Part shown: positions 28,873 to 37,631 of the stretch, in pieces
How positions within the stretch are numbered: the first letter of the stretch is position 1
Layout of the letters: every line of letters begins with the position of its first letter
NCBI GenBank assembly: GCA_023267275.1
Contig: JAHFNO010000006.1
Span: 9,519 to 73,518, forward strand
Length of the DNA: 64,000 nt
Source: Candidatus Nomurabacteria bacterium
Lineage (GTDB): Bacteria > Patescibacteriota > Minisyncoccia > Phycocordibacterales > UBA9973
Direction of reading: 5' to 3'
Position numbers and translations under genes: made by a program
Notes under the pieces: generated by a model
Database searches by the model: none
Told to the model about the DNA's origin: nothing
The model's input: the letters and a program-made list of their open reading frames with translations, nothing else

Positions 28873-29015
28873 ATTACCCCGAGCTTACGCTCGGGGTATC
28901 TTATATAGAAATACAGCAAAGCTGTATTTCCTTGTGTCCAGAGAGCCCAGGACACAAGAACTCGCTGCATCACGCGACCTTACGGTCGCGGTATTGGGTG
29001 GAAGCCCAGCGTAAT
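28868..29015 (+). repeat. 146-nt multi-hairpin repeat, copy 2
   Basis: Identical to 12706-12853; followed by the terminator AAAAAACGGTTTGCGCTAAGCGCAAACCGTTTTTC. Confidence 0.7.
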
Positions 29016-29093
29016 AAAAAACGGTTTGCGCTAAGCGCAAACCGTTTTTCTTTTTGTATTTTTCTAGAAACTAGACCCTAGAACCTGCCATCA

Positions 29094-30788
29094 CTATTCT
29101 TCCGTGAGGTCGACCACTGACTGCACTTCTTCGATTGAAGTAATTCCTGAGAGAATTTTTACTACACCGTCTTCTTGCATATTAAATATTCCTTGTGTGT
29201 TGGCGACGCGCTTGATTTCGCGTTCACTCGGATTTGTCGGAATAATTTTCTCGATTGCCTCATCTGTTTTGATTGCTTCAAAAATTCCGATACGTCCTTT
29301 AAATCCTGTGCCACTACACTGATCACAACCAGGAGCAGTGTAGAGTTTGATCGGCATATCTGCGGTGAGTTTGTAAGCAGCAAGATCTTTTCCTGCGTCG
29401 CTCGCACCTTTCAAAATTTTCCGAAGCAATGTTTCTTCTTCTGGTTTTATTGGTCGCTCAACTTTACAGTTTGGGCACAATTTTCGCACAAGGCGTTGTG
29501 CCATTGAGAGCGAGAGAGCAGAGACAAGAATTTTTGGATTGACGTCGAGGTCGATGAGGCGGGGGATAACACCAGCAGCATTGTTGGTATGCAATGTTGA
29601 GAACACAATGTGTCCGGTGAGCGCCGATTCCACCGCGATTTTTGCTGTTTCTCCATCACGAATTTCTCCCACCATGATTACATCAGGATCTTGACGCAGT
29701 GCACCACGCAGTCCTTCCAAAAAAGAATAGCCTGGTTCTACTTGTGTTTGAATGATACCCGGCAAATGGTATTCCACTGGATCTTCAATGGTGATGATTT
29801 TTATTTCCGGAGAATAAATTTTGCGCAAGAATGCGTAGAGTGTTGTTGTCTTTCCACTTCCTGTCGGACCGGTAATGAGAATAAGTCCATTTGGTTTTCG
29901 GATTTCTGCATCGATGACGGAAAAGAGGCGTGGTTCAATACCGATATTTGCGAGATCTACCTGAATCGATTTTGGATCAAGAATACGCATCACGATGGAT
30001 TCGCCGTATTCTCCTGGCACAGTAGAAGTACGCATAGAAATTTCCACGCCGTCGAGAATAACACTGAAGCGACCATCCTGCGCGCGAGTGACAATGGTGA
30101 GTTTGAGTCCGGCAACGAGTTTGATGCGCGAGTTCAAAAGGTGATAGAACTTGGGATCAAGAAAAAGAATATCTTGCAGCACACCATCGAGACGATAGCG
30201 CACACGCATGCGTTTTTCTTCTGGCTCGATGTGCACGTCGGAACACTGAAGCGAGATTGCGCCGGCAAGAATCACTTCAAGCAAGTGTGAGGTCGTATGT
30301 ATTTCGTGTGCGGCGGTGATTTGGTCGACGAGTGTTTTGACATCGGCCATTGTTTTGATTTTTTTCTGCAGATCAAGCAATGTATCGCTTGAAACTTCAA
30401 GACCTCCACGACGTGATTCTTCGGCAAAAGAAATTTCTTTGTAGCGCGCCCATGCTCGCTCGAGCGAGGCATGACTTGCCATGTAGGGAATAGCTTTGAA
30501 TCCTTTGCGTCCCAAATCTTCGAGATATGCTTTTGTTGCGTCATCTTCTGGTGAGAGTACGGCAACATGTGCTTCTTTTCCAAAAATTTTAAATGGAGCC
30601 ACCATTATTTTGCGTGCCTCGGCCTCGTCGATGAGGCGAAGTGCCTCATTTTGCACTGCAGTTGTAGACAAATCGACGTACGGAATGCCATATCTGTTGC
30701 TTGCAAGCACGGAAGCGAGCGCTTCCTCTTCTTGGGCTCGATATTCTTCTACTTTTTTATCAATTTTGTCGTCGTAATCCTGGGGCAT
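29094..30788 (-). CDS. pilB: type II secretion/type IV pilus assembly ATPase (GspE/PilB family)
   Basis: T2SE N-terminal domain; Walker A ITGPTGSGKTTT; GEIRDGETAKIAVESALTGHIVFSTLHTN; C-terminal CxxC...CxxC. Confidence 0.85.
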   Translation of the reverse strand: MPQDYDDKIDKKVEEYRAQEEEALASVLASNRYGIPYVDLSTTAVQNEALRLIDEAEARKIMVAPFKIFGKEAHVAVLSPEDDATKAYLEDLGRKGFKAIPYMASHASLERAWARYKEISFAEESRRGGLEVSSDTLLDLQKKIKTMADVKTLVDQITAAHEIHTTSHLLEVILAGAISLQCSDVHIEPEEKRMRVRYRLDGVLQDILFLDPKFYHLLNSRIKLVAGLKLTIVTRAQDGRFSVILDGVEISMRTSTVPGEYGESIVMRILDPKSIQVDLANIGIEPRLFSVIDAEIRKPNGLILITGPTGSGKTTTLYAFLRKIYSPEIKIITIEDPVEYHLPGIIQTQVEPGYSFLEGLRGALRQDPDVIMVGEIRDGETAKIAVESALTGHIVFSTLHTNNAAGVIPRLIDLDVNPKILVSALSLSMAQRLVRKLCPNCKVERPIKPEEETLLRKILKGASDAGKDLAAYKLTADMPIKLYTAPGCDQCSGTGFKGRIGIFEAIKTDEAIEKIIPTNPSEREIKRVANTQGIFNMQEDGVVKILSGITSIEEVQSVVDLTEE

Positions 30789-30991
30789 ATAATTTTTTAT
30801 TGGTTTGGAATTTCACCCTTTAAATACAAGGTGAAAATGAGTTTGTAAGAAGTACTTGTATAGTATAGCGCATAACGAAGCGAGAGGCGATAGACCCCTT
30901 GACTTTTTTCTCAATCTGGTGTAAAATATATTCGAAAATTATATTTATTCTTTAATAAAAAAACAAACAAAAACCATAAAAAACGTAGCTT

Positions 30992-32452
30992 ATGAAGCAG
31001 ATTTTGTTATTCGCCATCTGTGTGATGGTAAGTTTTTTTGCAAATGCAAAAAAAAGGCCGTATGCTGGCCATGTTTACAAACATACGAAACAAGAAATTG
31101 TATCGTGTGCAGATCTGGATTCAGGTCTGACAGATAAAAAATTTTTTACACACCATGCAAGAGGCTGGAACAAGAATCTTGATTCAGTGGCTCTGGTTAC
31201 AAACGGGGAAATAACATCGGAAGGTGTCTATATTCCCGTAGTTGGTGGTGAAAAAAAATTTCTTCATTATGTCGATGTAAACGACATGAAAGAAATATTC
31301 AGTCTTTCCCGAGTGGTTTCCAGCAAAAATATTACGACTGTTATGACCTCTGCTTGGATTTTTGAAGAGCCAGGTTATATCTTTTTTGAAAGGCGATTGC
31401 GTAAGATCAAAATTCCCGAAAAAAAAGATTCTGTTAGTGAAAGTTTTTTAGCAGAAAGTATTGGCGAGTTCTATAAAATACCGGAACTTAACACAATATT
31501 GTTTCTTTTTTGCGGTGATATTTGCTTGAACCCGAATGTTTTGCCAATTTTTCTTCAACCAGAAAAAGTAGAAAAAATGGAGGAAAACCGGCCGTCAAAA
31601 GAGGTAGTACGCGAGAACGTTGAAGATGTGGAAAATATTGAGGATGACAATCAAACCGTGATTGTTAAAAAAGAAACAATTGTCATCGAGTCACAAAACC
31701 CAGCGTATTCAGGAGTGTCTTATGGAGCGTCATCCTATTTGTCGTTTGGTTTGGGTGTGGGTTTGTATTGTGGAGTGTCGAGCACGTACGGTATTTCGTA
31801 TCCGTTTAACTATGGATATCAATATCCACCGTGTTATTACTCAGCATGTTCAAACGGTAGTTATTCTCCGTCTTCAACTACGGTAAATAACAATTTTTAC
31901 AACACGTATGTGGCTAGCACCACAACTCGTGACCATGGTGTTACGCAAAACAGCCCCGGTGTAAATGGGGGAATTCATGGTGTGACACCCAATGGTCATA
32001 GTAATGGCGGAGGTCACAACATTACTCCTGGTGGAAATAATAACAGTGGAAGCCATTCCGGTTTACCCAATGGCTCCGCCGATGGTGGAAACCATGGGAT
32101 CTCACCAAAACCAGGACGTACGAATCGCTCGCTTGCTTCAAATTCGAATCAGAGGCATTATGCGAGTAATGAAAGGCATGGACTGGGACGAGCTCTGTTT
32201 GGCCCATCTCGCTCGCATGGTGACTATGTTCATAGTAACCAGCGCTCTCAAGGAAGAAATTATGGTGGCGGACAGCCGCAAAATTATTCCAATAATGGAA
32301 GAAGTTTTGCAGGTGGAGGCAATGGCGGTCAACGCCAACAGCCAGTAATGATGCAACCACAAAATCGTGGCGGAGGCGGTGGTGTACAACGTATGTCTGC
32401 TCCAGCGCCACAAAGCCGTGGCGGAAATTATGGTGGCGGAGGACGTCGCTAA
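30992..32452 (+). CDS. secreted protein with Gly/Asn/Arg-rich low-complexity C-terminus
   Basis: Signal peptide MKQILLFAICVMVSFFANA; RGG/NGG repeats in the C-terminal third. Confidence 0.5.
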   Translation: MKQILLFAICVMVSFFANAKKRPYAGHVYKHTKQEIVSCADLDSGLTDKKFFTHHARGWNKNLDSVALVTNGEITSEGVYIPVVGGEKKFLHYVDVNDMKEIFSLSRVVSSKNITTVMTSAWIFEEPGYIFFERRLRKIKIPEKKDSVSESFLAESIGEFYKIPELNTILFLFCGDICLNPNVLPIFLQPEKVEKMEENRPSKEVVRENVEDVENIEDDNQTVIVKKETIVIESQNPAYSGVSYGASSYLSFGLGVGLYCGVSSTYGISYPFNYGYQYPPCYYSACSNGSYSPSSTTVNNNFYNTYVASTTTRDHGVTQNSPGVNGGIHGVTPNGHSNGGGHNITPGGNNNSGSHSGLPNGSADGGNHGISPKPGRTNRSLASNSNQRHYASNERHGLGRALFGPSRSHGDYVHSNQRSQGRNYGGGQPQNYSNNGRSFAGGGNGGQRQQPVMMQPQNRGGGGGVQRMSAPAPQSRGGNYGGGGRR

Positions 32453-32588
32453 GTTTAGTTTTTTAAAAAAAGTATCAACCCGAAGTTTTTTGCAAAACAA
32501 AAAACTTCGGGCACTATTTAAATCTTTAATGAGAGTTGAGGATTTAACGGTGCGTTCGAAACACCTACATTATAAAAATATTATTAGT

Positions 32589-35216
32589 ATGAAAAATAAT
32601 TATATGAAAAAAATATATTCATTCGCCTTCGGCTTGCTTATGCTTGCCGGCTTTGTTGTATCTGCACCAGTTGCACATGCTGCATTCAATGACGGTTCGC
32701 TCGGTTCAGATTGTCCAACACTCACTGTTGGCCATGCTCTTTCTGATGGTTGTGCAGGTCTTAGTACCACAGCAACTCCAGGATCTACTGTAAACGTAGT
32801 TTTTTACATTCATAACACCAATGTAAATTCTGCTGACAATGTTGTGCTCCGTCTTTCACCACAGTCTGCAAGTTCTACAACTTCACAGACTTTTTCTGGA
32901 AGTATTACATCAAGTAATGCAGGCAGTACTTCAGGTTCTGCTTCAGTAACTATCAGTTCACCAGCATCGCTTTCATTCAATTCTGCACAGTGGTATACAG
33001 ACAAGAACAGCTACACCACTCCACTTCCGAATGGACAGACTGGTTCTGAAATTTTTGGTAGTGGTCTCAATCTCGGATCAATTCCAGGATATGGAACTTG
33101 TGCCTATGTTGGTGGCGTACGCGACGTATTTTGTCACCAGGGATGGTTGCTCGTTTCGTTCAACGTTTCTGGTACAACCTCAGCTCTCTGTAAAATAAAC
33201 TCATTCACTTCAAGTGCAGGTACAGGCACGATTCCATCTGGATCAAGTGCAACACTTTCTTGGGATGCACCAAACTGTAATCAGTTCTTGCTCTCGGGCG
33301 GAATATTTAACACCACTCCAGCTGGTTCTGGTGTAAGTACTGGTGCGTTGTTTCAAACAACCCCATACACACTCACTGCAATCGGCTCAAATGGTATGCG
33401 CGATACTGCGGTTACCACTGTAAATGTTGGAACAGTTTCTACTGCGTGTTATATCAACAATTTTTCTACAAGTACTCCAACAGTAACTACTGGCGGATAT
33501 GCCACACTCAATTGGAATTCAAATTGTGCGACGGTTACAATTACTGGTCCAAACGCACCAGCAACCTCAAATCCAAATGGTCCAATTACCGTTGGTCCAC
33601 TCTACAGTGCAACAAACACATATAGTATTGTTGGTTACAGCACTTCTGGTCTTTCAACTACAGCTACGCCAGTCACCGTGTATGTAAATACAATCGCAAA
33701 CAACTGTACTGCAAACCTTTCTGCAAATCAGACTTGGGTTTCAAGTGGAATGTCAACAGCACTTACTTGGACAAGTTCAGGTTGTACGTATGTAACAGTT
33801 TCTGGTCCAAACGGAACACTTTCTTCTGGAGCAATGTATGGAACTGTCCAGACTCCTGCAATCTATGGACCAACAGTATTCAATCTTGTTGCGGGTGGTA
33901 CAAACACCGTCAATCAATCAGTTACTGTTTCTGTAAACAATAATCAGACAGGAACAACTCCTGTAGTTTCAACCTATGCAGCAACAGGTGCTGTAGGTAC
34001 TACTGCAACACTCAATGGGTACATTAGTACAAATAATAGTTGTGGATGGCCATACTACTTGTGTGGTTCTTCATACACAAATTATTATTTCCAGTACGGA
34101 ACAAGTCAGTACGCACTCACCATGCAGACTCCTACACAGTCATTCACTCAAAATTCAGGATCTGTATCTGCGTATGTAACAAACTTGCAGCCAAATACAA
34201 CATATTATTTCCAACTTATCGGTTCAAATAGTAATGGTCTTGGATACGGTGGAATTCTTTCATTTAATACATATGGAAATGCATACGTACCAATCACTGC
34301 CATTACATCTGTTGCAACCAATGTTGTTTCAAGCTCAGCTCGTCTCAATGGTGTAGTTACAGCTCCACAAGGAGCAACAAACGTGACTGCTCACTTTGAG
34401 TATGGAATCAGTACAATGCTCGCTCTTCGTACAAACGATCAGATTGTTTCTGGTAATGGTGCGACAAACTACTTCGATACAGTGAATACATTGCCAAATA
34501 CAACCTACTACTACCGCATCGTTGGAATTTCAGGAGGACAAGCATATTACGGAGCAACTGTTTCGTTTACGACACCAGCAGCTGACACCGGTACTGTTGT
34601 TGTTACTCATGTAACTTCTGGAACAGGAAATGGTTCAGCATATGTTTCGCTTTCAATCACTGACCAATCACAAAACGTGTACCCTGGCGATACAATCAAT
34701 TACCTTGTTTCGTACCAAAACATTTCAAAAGTTACACTTAGCAACGCCGTGCTCAATGTTATCTTGCCAACAGGTGTGACATTCCGTCAGTCATCACAAG
34801 GTGTGCTTACAACAAACAACACTGTTGCGGTAACGCTTGGAACACTCATCCCAGCACAACAGGGAACAGTTTCAATCACCGCTGTTGCTGATCAGGGTAT
34901 TGCCGCTGGAAACAATTTTGTAACCACTGCAACACTCGCATTTACAACACCTTCAACCGCACAAGATAGTGCAATCGCATATGTATTGAACAACACAGGA
35001 TCACAAAATAGTCTTGCTGGTCTTGCGCTCTTTGGAACAGGATTCTTCCCAAATTCATTCTTTGGTTGGATTATCCTTCTCCTTCTTGTTCTCATCCTTG
35101 CTCTCATCGCACGATACTTCTATCATCGCGCAAATGAATCAAAGGCCGCTGTACAGCAACCAACGTACAACAACGGAGGACATGGTTCATACCCAAACAA
35201 CAATTTGCCTCACTAA
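32589..35216 (+). CDS. large Ser/Thr/Asn-rich cell-surface protein with FN3-like repeats and C-terminal TM anchor
   Basis: Internal start (MKNNYMKKIYSFAFGLLMLAGFVVSAPVAHA signal peptide) is chosen over the ORF-track start at 32367, which overlaps the upstream gene. Repeated ...TYYFQLIGSN... and ...TYYYRIVGISGG... units; C-terminal GWIILLLLVLILALIARYFY. Confidence 0.55.
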   Translation: MKNNYMKKIYSFAFGLLMLAGFVVSAPVAHAAFNDGSLGSDCPTLTVGHALSDGCAGLSTTATPGSTVNVVFYIHNTNVNSADNVVLRLSPQSASSTTSQTFSGSITSSNAGSTSGSASVTISSPASLSFNSAQWYTDKNSYTTPLPNGQTGSEIFGSGLNLGSIPGYGTCAYVGGVRDVFCHQGWLLVSFNVSGTTSALCKINSFTSSAGTGTIPSGSSATLSWDAPNCNQFLLSGGIFNTTPAGSGVSTGALFQTTPYTLTAIGSNGMRDTAVTTVNVGTVSTACYINNFSTSTPTVTTGGYATLNWNSNCATVTITGPNAPATSNPNGPITVGPLYSATNTYSIVGYSTSGLSTTATPVTVYVNTIANNCTANLSANQTWVSSGMSTALTWTSSGCTYVTVSGPNGTLSSGAMYGTVQTPAIYGPTVFNLVAGGTNTVNQSVTVSVNNNQTGTTPVVSTYAATGAVGTTATLNGYISTNNSCGWPYYLCGSSYTNYYFQYGTSQYALTMQTPTQSFTQNSGSVSAYVTNLQPNTTYYFQLIGSNSNGLGYGGILSFNTYGNAYVPITAITSVATNVVSSSARLNGVVTAPQGATNVTAHFEYGISTMLALRTNDQIVSGNGATNYFDTVNTLPNTTYYYRIVGISGGQAYYGATVSFTTPAADTGTVVVTHVTSGTGNGSAYVSLSITDQSQNVYPGDTINYLVSYQNISKVTLSNAVLNVILPTGVTFRQSSQGVLTTNNTVAVTLGTLIPAQQGTVSITAVADQGIAAGNNFVTTATLAFTTPSTAQDSAIAYVLNNTGSQNSLAGLALFGTGFFPNSFFGWIILLLLVLILALIARYFYHRANESKAAVQQPTYNNGGHGSYPNNNLPH

Positions 35217-35331
35217 GGAACCCAGGCGTTAGGAAATACAACACACGGGGCGCTTTCCAGAGGAAAGCGCCCCGTGCTAGTATTCGGATGTCATCCTGAA
35301 CTTGATTCAGGATCCTGGTCTTGAATTTATT

Positions 35332-35778
35332 ATGCAAAAAACATTTTCAAAAACCGAAATCCCAAAAATCGCCAAGGCGATTTTGGCCTCCCTAAAACCT
35401 AAAACTAAACACCAAACAGCTGGTGGTGCAACTGTAATCACACTCTCCGGCGAGCTCGGAGCAGGGAAGACCACACTCACGCAAACAATCGCTCGTGACC
35501 TTGGCGTGAAAGAGAACGTGATTTCTCCTACCTTTGTGATTATGAAAAGCTACAAGATTGTTGATTCGAGATTTAAAACACTCGTTCATATCGACGCATA
35601 TCGTCTCGATTCTGCAAAAGAACTTGAGCGACTTGGATGGGCTGCATTAATCGCCGACCCAGAAAATTTAATTCTCATTGAATGGCCGGAGCGAGTACCC
35701 GAAGCTATCCCAGCAACCGCACACAAGGTTTTTCTCTCTCATAAAAACGAGGACGAACGCGAAATTCGATTCGTGTAA
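35332..35778 (+). CDS. tsaE: tRNA threonylcarbamoyladenosine biosynthesis protein TsaE
   Basis: P-loop LSGELGAGKTTLTQ; the ORF-track start at 35302 lies inside a conserved palindrome, so the Met at 35332 is preferred. Confidence 0.7.
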   Translation: MQKTFSKTEIPKIAKAILASLKPKTKHQTAGGATVITLSGELGAGKTTLTQTIARDLGVKENVISPTFVIMKSYKIVDSRFKTLVHIDAYRLDSAKELERLGWAALIADPENLILIEWPERVPEAIPATAHKVFLSHKNEDEREIRFV

Positions 35779-35856
35779 TGTGCTTGTAACATTCTGTATT
35801 TGTGCTATTTTGAAGGGGATAATTGGATTTTCAACTTCTTTTAAATATATATAGTT

Positions 35857-36357
35857 ATGAAAGATGCATCAGGAATTTTTTTCGAACCAGGCAAGTGGTC
35901 TGAGTTTAAAAAATATAATTCATCGGTTGTGTATAAGATAAACAACATATATGAACTTGTTTTTGCCGTTGATCAATTTGTCTTTTTTAAGGACGATACT
36001 AAAGATAGTAAAACAGGAATAATAGATATTCCTCACCTCGGAGAAATAAAAAAATCACTTCTTATCGCTTTTCTTGAAAAGAATCCGGACATCGCAGAGA
36101 AGGAAGGAATTATTTTTCAAAAAAGAGAAATTAAAGAGAAGCTCGATCTCTTTGGCTATAAAGATTCAACCAACAGTAATCTTTTAAGTCGGAGTGTTGT
36201 TGTGAAAGGAGTTGGTATGCCAGTGTTTGGTTTTACCTCTTTCATAAAGTTTCATTTATTAAATGAAGAGCAATTTCAAATACTCACCGACCTTGCTCGA
36301 AAAAATGAAATACAATACATCTATAATTTTCTAATCAAATTACTCTATCTTCAATAA
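35857..36357 (+). CDS. hypothetical protein
   Basis: ORF followed by the terminator AAACCAGGCATAGCCTGGTTTTT. Confidence 0.45.
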   Translation: MKDASGIFFEPGKWSEFKKYNSSVVYKINNIYELVFAVDQFVFFKDDTKDSKTGIIDIPHLGEIKKSLLIAFLEKNPDIAEKEGIIFQKREIKEKLDLFGYKDSTNSNLLSRSVVVKGVGMPVFGFTSFIKFHLLNEEQFQILTDLARKNEIQYIYNFLIKLLYLQ

Positions 36358-36436
36358 AACCAGGCATAGCCTGGTTTTTGTTTTGACTTTCCTAAAAAAT
36401 ATTGTAGTATAACCTCAAACAAATTTTTTAAAAAAA

Positions 36437-37564
36437 ATGAAAAAGATATTAGGTATTAAATTTACGGTAACGACAATTATATCCGTAGGATGTTTTCTCG
36501 CGGCCGTAATTATCGGCCTAACGTGTCTTGCAGGAAAAATTTTTTTCAAGACAGAAGATTCAGTATATATAACCCAGTATGTCTGGTTGGGGTATATGGC
36601 TTTTATTTTTTTATTTATAGCCATTATTGTTCCTTTGTTTAGAAGGCTTTGGGTATATTTGAGAATAAAACACAATCCATTGCTCAGAAAGCTGTGGATG
36701 TACTCAAAAATTACACCCTTATTTAGGAGGTTGTTGATGTATTTGAGAATCAAACATAATCCGATTGATGGTCTTGCAACAATATTGCTTGCAGTATTTT
36801 CTTCCATACCACTTGTTTTTTTGTGGTGGATAACTTTTTTTCTTTTAAAAAGGTATCCAATAGGTAAATACAAAATAGTAAGATTTACTTGCAGGGTTAC
36901 AACTATTCTTATCGGAGCGTTTGTATTTATTCATGGTAAACGTGATAAAAATGCACCCTTTGTGATTGCTCCGCACACAGCGTGGCTTGATTACTTGCTC
37001 GGCATACTTATTATGGATGAAGATGAACTATTTAATATTGTATCTGGGATCAATCTAAGCGATCTAAAACTGCAAAAAACAAAACCAACATTTTGGGATA
37101 AATGTATTGCAATTACAATCGGGAGATTGGTGAGGGATTATTCAATACCGATTGATAGAGATGATGAAGAGTCTCGCAAAAGGGTGGCATTGCGAATTAT
37201 TCGTGATGTAAAAGATGGAAGAAGTATTATGCTGTATCCCGAGGGTACACGAATGCTTAAATCTAAAATTAAACAAGGTGTTCTATTGCAAGATTTTCAG
37301 GACGGAATATTTCGAATTGCATTCGAGATAAAAAAACCTATCCAACCCGTTGTGTTTATTTGGCCAGTTATGTGGCGAGGAAAAGGAGATGATTGGTGGG
37401 GTGTTCATCCTGGTCGCACAGACTTGTATTACTTACCTCCAATAAATCCTTGCGAATATGAAAATTACGAAGAATTTCGTGATGCCTGCTGGAATGCAAT
37501 GTATGAAAAACTAAAATCTTCAAAAAAAGTGCAACGTTTTGTAAAAGAATTACAAGTAAATTAG
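36437..37564 (+). CDS. membrane-anchored lysophospholipid acyltransferase (PlsC/LPLAT family)
   Basis: HX4D motif (APHTAWLD) and PEGTR motif; N-terminal TM helices; internal tandem duplication LFRRLWVYLRIKHNP / LFRRLLMYLRIKHNP. Confidence 0.6.
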   Translation: MKKILGIKFTVTTIISVGCFLAAVIIGLTCLAGKIFFKTEDSVYITQYVWLGYMAFIFLFIAIIVPLFRRLWVYLRIKHNPLLRKLWMYSKITPLFRRLLMYLRIKHNPIDGLATILLAVFSSIPLVFLWWITFFLLKRYPIGKYKIVRFTCRVTTILIGAFVFIHGKRDKNAPFVIAPHTAWLDYLLGILIMDEDELFNIVSGINLSDLKLQKTKPTFWDKCIAITIGRLVRDYSIPIDRDDEESRKRVALRIIRDVKDGRSIMLYPEGTRMLKSKIKQGVLLQDFQDGIFRIAFEIKKPIQPVVFIWPVMWRGKGDDWWGVHPGRTDLYYLPPINPCEYENYEEFRDACWNAMYEKLKSSKKVQRFVKELQVN

Positions 37565-37631
37565 TAAAAAGTCCGTACCGAGATAATCGGCCGGACTTTT
37601 TTATTTATCTCAATCCGCGTATACTTTCACC

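Noticed and set aside
28338-28973. 211-aa minus-strand ORF antisense to 28330-28872
   Set aside because: It is Ser-rich and low-complexity, and it extends about 105 nt into the 146-nt repeat. The plus-strand ORF has a more protein-like composition. The strand choice remains low-confidence.
32367-32588. Upstream extension of the large surface-protein ORF (ORF-track start 32367)
   Set aside because: It overlaps the 3' end of the preceding gene by 86 nt. The signal peptide begins at the Met at 32589.
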